Shown: positions 59,275 through 64,000 of the stretch, in pieces
Layout of the letters: each line of letters opens with the position of its first letter
Numbering within the stretch: the stretch's first letter is position 1
NCBI GenBank assembly: GCA_963765795.1
Contig: CAVXXZ010000023.1
Span: 8,031-72,030 of the forward strand
Reading direction: 5' to 3'
Origin: an uncultured Actinomycetes bacterium
GTDB lineage: Bacteria > Actinomycetota > Thermoleophilia > Gaiellales > Gaiellaceae
DNA: 64,000 nt
Notes under the pieces: model-generated
Database searches by the model: none
Told to the model about the DNA's origin: nothing
What the model saw: only the letters and a program-made list of their open reading frames with translations
Program-made: the position numbers and the translations under genes

Positions 59275-60408
59275 CTATTCGAGCGGGATCAGCGAGGCCT
59301 CGGCCATCGCCAAGGCGGCCGGCTTCGCCATCTTGAGGCGCTTCGGGCGGTGCATGCCGTCGGCGATCCACTTGTCGATCTCGTGGAAGAGCTCGTCGAT
59401 CAGGATGTCGGAGCCGACCTTCTTCAGGACGCGGCCGTGCGCGTAGATGAAGCCGACGTCGCGTCCGCCCGCGATGCCGAAGTCGGCGTCTCCGGACTCG
59501 CCCGGGCCGTTGACCGCACAGCCGAGCACCGCGACCTCGAAGTGCTGCGGGTACTCCTGCAGGCGCAGCTCGACCTCCTCGGCCAGCGTGTGCACGCCGA
59601 CGTTGTCACGCCCACAGCTCGGGCAGGCGATCATCACCGGCCCGCGCTCGCGCAGCCCCAGCGCCTTGAGGATCTCGTACGCCGTCTTCGGCTCCTCGAC
59701 CGGATCCGAGGACAGCGAGACGCGGATGGTGTCGCCGATCCCCTCGGCGAGGAGCGTGCCGATCCCGACGGCGCTCTTGATCGAGCCTGCGAAGACCGTC
59801 CCGGCCTCGGTCACGCCGAGGTGGAGCGGGTAGCCGACCTTCTCCGAGAGCATCCGGTAGGCGCGGATCATCGTCGGGACGTGGCTCGACTTGACGGAGA
59901 TCTTGAAGTCGTAGAAGTCGAGGCTCTCGAGCAGACGCACCTCCTCGAGCGCGGCTTCGACGAGCGCCTCGGCCTGATCCTTGTGCGCCAGCTCCTCGAG
60001 ATGCTTCGGCAGCGAGCCGGAGTTGGCGCCGATCCGCATCGGGATCCCCTTGGCCTTCGCGGCCCGGACGACTTCGGCGACCTTGTCCGAGCCGCCGATG
60101 TTGCCCGGATTGATGCGAACGGCCGCGACACCCTGGTCGATCGCCTTCAGCGCGAGGCTCGCGTTGAAGTGGATGTCGGCGATGATCGGGACGGGCGAGA
60201 AGCGCACGATCTTCGAGAGCGCCTCCGCGTCCTCCGTCTTCGGGACCGCGACGCGGACGATCTCGCAGCCCGCGCTCGCGAGCGCTGCGACCTGCGCGGT
60301 CGTCGCCTCGACGTCGTGCGTCTTCGTCGTCGTCATCGACTGCACGACGACGGGCGCGCCGCCGCCGATCTTGACGCCGCCGACCGAGATCTGCCGCTCG
60401 CTGGCCAT
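59275..60408 (-). CDS. ispG: 4-hydroxy-3-methylbut-2-en-1-yl diphosphate synthase
   Basis: Full-length GcpE (VQSMTTTKTHDV, RVAVP, ACPSCGR, GCAVNGPGE). Confidence 0.92.
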   Translation of the reverse strand: MASERQISVGGVKIGGGAPVVVQSMTTTKTHDVEATTAQVAALASAGCEIVRVAVPKTEDAEALSKIVRFSPVPIIADIHFNASLALKAIDQGVAAVRINPGNIGGSDKVAEVVRAAKAKGIPMRIGANSGSLPKHLEELAHKDQAEALVEAALEEVRLLESLDFYDFKISVKSSHVPTMIRAYRMLSEKVGYPLHLGVTEAGTVFAGSIKSAVGIGTLLAEGIGDTIRVSLSSDPVEEPKTAYEILKALGLRERGPVMIACPSCGRDNVGVHTLAEEVELRLQEYPQHFEVAVLGCAVNGPGESGDADFGIAGGRDVGFIYAHGRVLKKVGSDILIDELFHEIDKWIADGMHRPKRLKMAKPAALAMAEASLIPLE

Positions 60409-60476
60409 CCGCGAGCCAGTCTAGCCAGGCGGGTTCAAGGGGAATCGCGCCCTCAAAGGACGCTGAGGCGCCGCCG

Positions 60477-61708
60477 TCAGTGCGGGGGACGCCGGAGACG
60501 TCGTTCGAGGATGCGATCACGAGGAGGAGCAGGATAAAGGCGAACCCGATGACGGAAACCCGCTCGTAGACCTCGCGCGCCAGGGCGCGGCCGCGGACCG
60601 CCTCGATCAGCGAGAAGAGGATGTGGCCGCCGTCGAGGGGCAGCAGCGGCAGGAGATTCAGCAGCGCGAGCGACATGCTCACGAACGCGAGGATCTCGAG
60701 GTAATGCGTCCAGCCGACTCGCAGCTGTTCCTGCGAGACCTGGACGATCCCTACAGGCCCCGAGAGCTGGCCGCGCCCCTGGCTCGAGAACAGCCCCGAG
60801 ACTCCGTGGGCGGTGCCGGTCACGACGCGCCAGAGCTCCGATCCTGCCGTGCTCGCCGCTCTCCGCGTTGAGTACGGGACGGTCTGCGCCGCCGGTTGGA
60901 AGCCGAAGATCCAGCGGCCGTCTTCCTTGATCGTGTGGCGTGGGCCGACAGCCACACGCCGCCCGTCGCGTAGCACCGACAGCGTCACCTTGCCGCCACG
61001 ACTCGACCGGATCAGATGCGACGTTGCGTAGAACGAGCCCGTGGGCCGGCCGTTGACGGCGACGATCCGATCCCCGGGCTGGAGGCCCGCGGCGGCCGCC
61101 GGAGTCCCGCTCGTGACCGCGAAGACCTCGGAGCTGGCTCGTTGCGAAGGACCTCCGCTGAGCGCGAAGACGAAGAACAGAATCAGGAACGCGACGGCGA
61201 TGTTCGCGAACGGCCCCGCGGCGATGACGGCCACTCGCTTCCACGTCGCGCCGCGCCAGTACGCCTCCGGAGAGGTGCCCTCCTCCACCTCGCGGAGCGC
61301 CCGCTCGGCCGAGCGTCTCGCGCGAGGCGTCAGCTGTGCAGCACTCAGCTCCTGCTCGACCTCCGCGCCCGCCCGCCTCGCCGCCTCGTAGTCCTCCATC
61401 TCGAGAGCGCGTCGAAGCGCGCCGACGGCCGGCACGAGGCTCGGCTCCTCACGAACCGCCGGCTCGACGAACAGACGCAGATCGCGCGCCGACGGCCGAT
61501 TCATGCCGGGCAGCTTGACGAGGCCGCCGAGCGGGATCATCCCGATCCCGTACTCGATGCCCTTGCGCTTGACCTTGACGAGGGCCGGCGGGAAGCCGAT
61601 GTAGAAGCTCCGCGGGCGCATCCCGACCGCGCGCGCCACCCAGAAGTGCCCCAGCTCGTGCAGGAAGACGAGCAGGACGAGGCCGGCGATCACGACCAGA
61701 TACGTCAC
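60477..61708 (-). CDS. rseP: RseP/Rip1-type site-2 zinc metalloprotease (M50); 3' end unresolved
   Basis: HELGHFWVA, a PDZ domain (GLQPGDRIVAVNG) and NLLPLLPLDGGH. The GTG overlaps the dxr stop. The reading frame has no stop and runs about 800 nt into ispG. Stops in the other frames at 60477 and 60421 imply an indel within the last ~30 codons. Confidence 0.8.
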
Positions 61709-62766
61709 GCGGTCGCCAGTGCTCCTTCCGCGATCTCCCGCGCCGCGCGGTCGGCCTCGACGAGGTCGTCCACGTCGCGGACAGGGTCGGTGTCCGCGGC
61801 CGCGAGCGTCTCCCCCACGACCTCCGGGATCCCGAGGAACGGGAGACGGCCGGCGAGGAAAGCGGCCACCGCCACCTCGTTGGCGGCGTTGTAGACGCAG
61901 GGCGCGCTCCCGCCTTCCTGGCCGGCGGCGCGCGCGAGCGCGAGCATCGGGAACGTGTCGGTGTCGGGCGGCGAGAACTCCAGGGTGAGCGAGGTGAGGT
62001 CGAGCGGCGCCAGGGGCGTCGCCGCGCGCTCGGGGTAGGTGAGCGCGTACGAGATCGGCACGCGCATGTCGGGGTAGCCGAGGTGCGCGAGCGCGGCGCC
62101 GTCGCGGAAGCGGACGAGCGAGTGCACGACCGACGTCGGCTGGATCGCCACCTCTATGCGGTCGTATGGAAGGCCGAACAGATAGTGCGCCTCGATCACC
62201 TCGAGCCCTTTGTTGGCGAGCGTTGCGGAGTCCACCGTGATCTTCGGCCCCATGCGCCAGGTCGGATGCGCGAGCGCCTGCTCGGGCGTGACGTCCTCGA
62301 GCTCGGCGCGCGTGCGGCCGCGGAAGGGGCCTCCGGAGCCGGTGAGCACGAGGGTGTCGACCTGCTCCGGCTCGCGTCCCTCGAGACACTGAAAGAGCGC
62401 CGAGTGCTCGCTGTCGACGGGAAGGATCCGCCCGCGACCCCGCTCGCGCGCGGCGAGAGCGAGCTCTCCGGCGGCCACGAGGCTCTCCTTGTTCGCGAGC
62501 GCGAGATCGACCCCGCGCTCGAGCGCCCAGAGCGTGGCGTGGACTCCCGCGAAGCCGACGACGGCGTTGAGGACGACGTCGGGCTGCGCGCGCTCGAGCA
62601 GCTCGGCCAGGTCGCCTCCTACCTCCTTCAGCGGGGCGTCGACGTCGTCGAGCGGCGTCGAGCCGGAGGCCGCGGCGCAGAGCTCGAGCTCCGGGTGCGC
62701 CTCCACGATCTCGATCGCCTGGCGGCCGATCGAGCCAGTCGCCCCGAGCAGCGCGACACGCTTCAC
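61705..62766 (-). CDS. dxr: 1-deoxy-D-xylulose 5-phosphate reductoisomerase
   Basis: LLGATGSIG, NKESLV, LPVDSEHSA and HPTWRMGPKITVDSATL. Confidence 0.92.
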   Translation of the reverse strand: MKRVALLGATGSIGRQAIEIVEAHPELELCAAASGSTPLDDVDAPLKEVGGDLAELLERAQPDVVLNAVVGFAGVHATLWALERGVDLALANKESLVAAGELALAARERGRGRILPVDSEHSALFQCLEGREPEQVDTLVLTGSGGPFRGRTRAELEDVTPEQALAHPTWRMGPKITVDSATLANKGLEVIEAHYLFGLPYDRIEVAIQPTSVVHSLVRFRDGAALAHLGYPDMRVPISYALTYPERAATPLAPLDLTSLTLEFSPPDTDTFPMLALARAAGQEGGSAPCVYNAANEVAVAAFLAGRLPFLGIPEVVGETLAAADTDPVRDVDDLVEADRAAREIAEGALATA

Positions 62767-62787
62767 TCGCTCAGTGTAGGGAGTCGG

Positions 62788-63591
62788 CTAGTGAAAGCCG
62801 TAGGCGATCACGAGGAAATACGCAGCCGGCGCCGCGAAGAGCAGCCCGTCGATCCGGTCGAGCATGCCTCCGTGTCCGCCAAGCAGCCTCCCGGTGTCCT
62901 TCACCTCGAGATCGCGCTTCAGCGCCGATTCGAACAGGTCGCCGATGAGCTCGGCGACCACGATGACGATGCCGAGCACGATCGCCTGCCAGACGCTGAG
63001 GTACTTGTCGCGCGTGTCGTAGAGCGCGATGAAGGCCACGAATATGCCCGCGGCGGCTCCGACCAGCAGCCCTTCCCACGACTTCCCCGGCGACAGGCGC
63101 GGCGCGAGCTTGTGACGGCCGAGCCACCGGCCGCCGGAGTAGGCGAACGTGGCTGCCGCCCACGCTGCCAGCACGACGGTGAAGGCGATCAGCCGCCCGT
63201 GGTCGTGCATCTCCCGCAGGAGGAGGAGGAAGCCGAGCCCCAGCCCGATCCAGGCCGCGCCCAGAATCGTCGAGCCGACGGCCGCCGTCGTCGGCGCGCG
63301 CGTGCTCGAGACCGCATGGAGGACGAAGGCGAGCACGAACGTCGCGAGGAAGCCGCCGAGCAGCCAGACGACTCCCCCCTTCTCCGCGCCGAAAAGCGCG
63401 AGCAGTACGCCCGCGTAGACTGCGGGGGCGAGCGGCCGCAGCGGTCGCGCGGTGGTCACGAACTCGTGCACGGCAACACACGACGCGACGGCGAGGAGCG
63501 TGAACAGCCACCAGCCGCCGAGCCACAGCATGCCGAGCACGAGCGGCAGGCCGACCGCCGCGACCAGGAGTCGGGAAGTGAGGTTGGTCAC
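62788..63591 (-). CDS. cdsA: Phosphatidate cytidylyltransferase
   Basis: Multi-TM protein with the signature SALKRDLEVKDTGRLLGGHGGMLDRIDG. ORF 62788..63996 trimmed to GTG 63591, just downstream of the uppS stop. Confidence 0.8.
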   Translation of the reverse strand: MTNLTSRLLVAAVGLPLVLGMLWLGGWWLFTLLAVASCVAVHEFVTTARPLRPLAPAVYAGVLLALFGAEKGGVVWLLGGFLATFVLAFVLHAVSSTRAPTTAAVGSTILGAAWIGLGLGFLLLLREMHDHGRLIAFTVVLAAWAAATFAYSGGRWLGRHKLAPRLSPGKSWEGLLVGAAAGIFVAFIALYDTRDKYLSVWQAIVLGIVIVVAELIGDLFESALKRDLEVKDTGRLLGGHGGMLDRIDGLLFAAPAAYFLVIAYGFH

Positions 63592-63610
63592 GAGTCGGAA
63601 GCGGGCGACG

Positions 63611-64000
63611 TCATCGACCGCCGAATCTACGGCGCCGGTTTGCGTACTCCTCGATCGCGGTTCGGAGCTCTTCCGGCCCGAAGTCCGGCCACAGGGTCTC
63701 GGTGAAGACGTACTCGGCGTACGCGGATTGCCAGAGGAGGAAGTTCGAGATGCGCCGCTCGCCGGAGGTGCGGATGACGAGGTCGGGATCCGGCATCTCG
63801 GGCTCGTAGAGGCACGCGGCGAACGCGGCCTCGTCGACCTCGTCGGGCTCCGAGCCGCTCTCGAGCAGCCGGCGGGCGGCGTCGACGAGCTCGGCGCGGC
63901 CGCCGTAGTCGAAGGCGATCCAGAGCTGGAGTTTCGACTTGTCCGCGGTCGCCGCCTCGAGCTCGTCCATCTTCGCGCGCAGCCAGTCGGGAGCACGTTC
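63611..64000 (-). CDS. uppS: Isoprenyl transferase / undecaprenyl diphosphate synthase, C-terminal part (5' end outside the window)
   Basis: IAFDYGGRAE and VIRTSGERRISNFLLWQSAYAEYVF. The frame is open to the window edge. Confidence 0.85.
   Translation of the reverse strand, partial: ERAPDWLRAKMDELEAATADKSKLQLWIAFDYGGRAELVDAARRLLESGSEPDEVDEAAFAACLYEPEMPDPDLVIRTSGERRISNFLLWQSAYAEYVFTETLWPDFGPEELRTAIEEYANRRRRFGGR

Noticed and set aside
59606-62389. A 927-aa minus-strand ORF.
   Set aside because: Only the central 410 aa (GTG 61708 onward, with HELGH, PDZ and LDGGH) are RseP. The N-terminal part is an out-of-frame read through dxr. The C-terminal ~290 aa are an out-of-frame read through ispG, caused by a missing stop.

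Overview
This is a 64-kb, very high-GC (about 70% by eye) stretch that looks like core chromosome of an actinobacterium. The gene order is rnj ... ftsK ... cinA-thpR-recA-recX-rny-miaB-miaA-dapF ... hflX-dut ... gatD-murT ... sigA ... proS-ispG-rseP-dxr-cdsA-uppS. RNase Y together with a single-motif RsiG-like protein hints at a Thermoleophilia/Rubrobacteria-like lineage, but that is inference only. I call about 70 protein-coding loci and one tRNA-Pro(GGG). I saw no rRNA, CRISPR array, IS element or prophage. Functional themes: nucleoside salvage (rbsK, nucleoside hydrolase, BMP-type ABC importer, apt); NAD (nadB-nadC-nadA with a divergent NrtR-like regulator, cinA); recombination and segregation; the DAP branch (dapF-like, dapD, dapC, dapE); isoprenoid and lipid synthesis (ispG, dxr, cdsA, uppS, two CDP-alcohol phosphatidyltransferases); and four sigma factors. 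The dominant technical feature is that about 20 loci, including essential proS, can only be read with one or more frame changes. I count on the order of 40 indels, clustered at 4.65-5.4 kb and 11.7-14.1 kb. Several sit in G/C runs, so many of the 'pseudogenes' may be assembly indels. The most interesting biology: (1) a compact stand-alone OLD-family ATPase-TOPRIM nuclease translationally packed behind hflX-dut-nudix; (2) a DapF-like protein with both catalytic Cys replaced by Ser and a missing N-terminus; (3) an 80-aa RsiG-like protein carrying a near-perfect c-di-GMP-binding motif; (4) a nuclease-less protein made of three homing-endonuclease-associated-type repeats, abutting an orphan class-II amidotransferase; (5) an AT-rich island with inverted DnaA-box-like repeats plus a structured ~180-nt element ending in T8, upstream of sigA; (6) a lower-GC islet beside tRNA-Pro.
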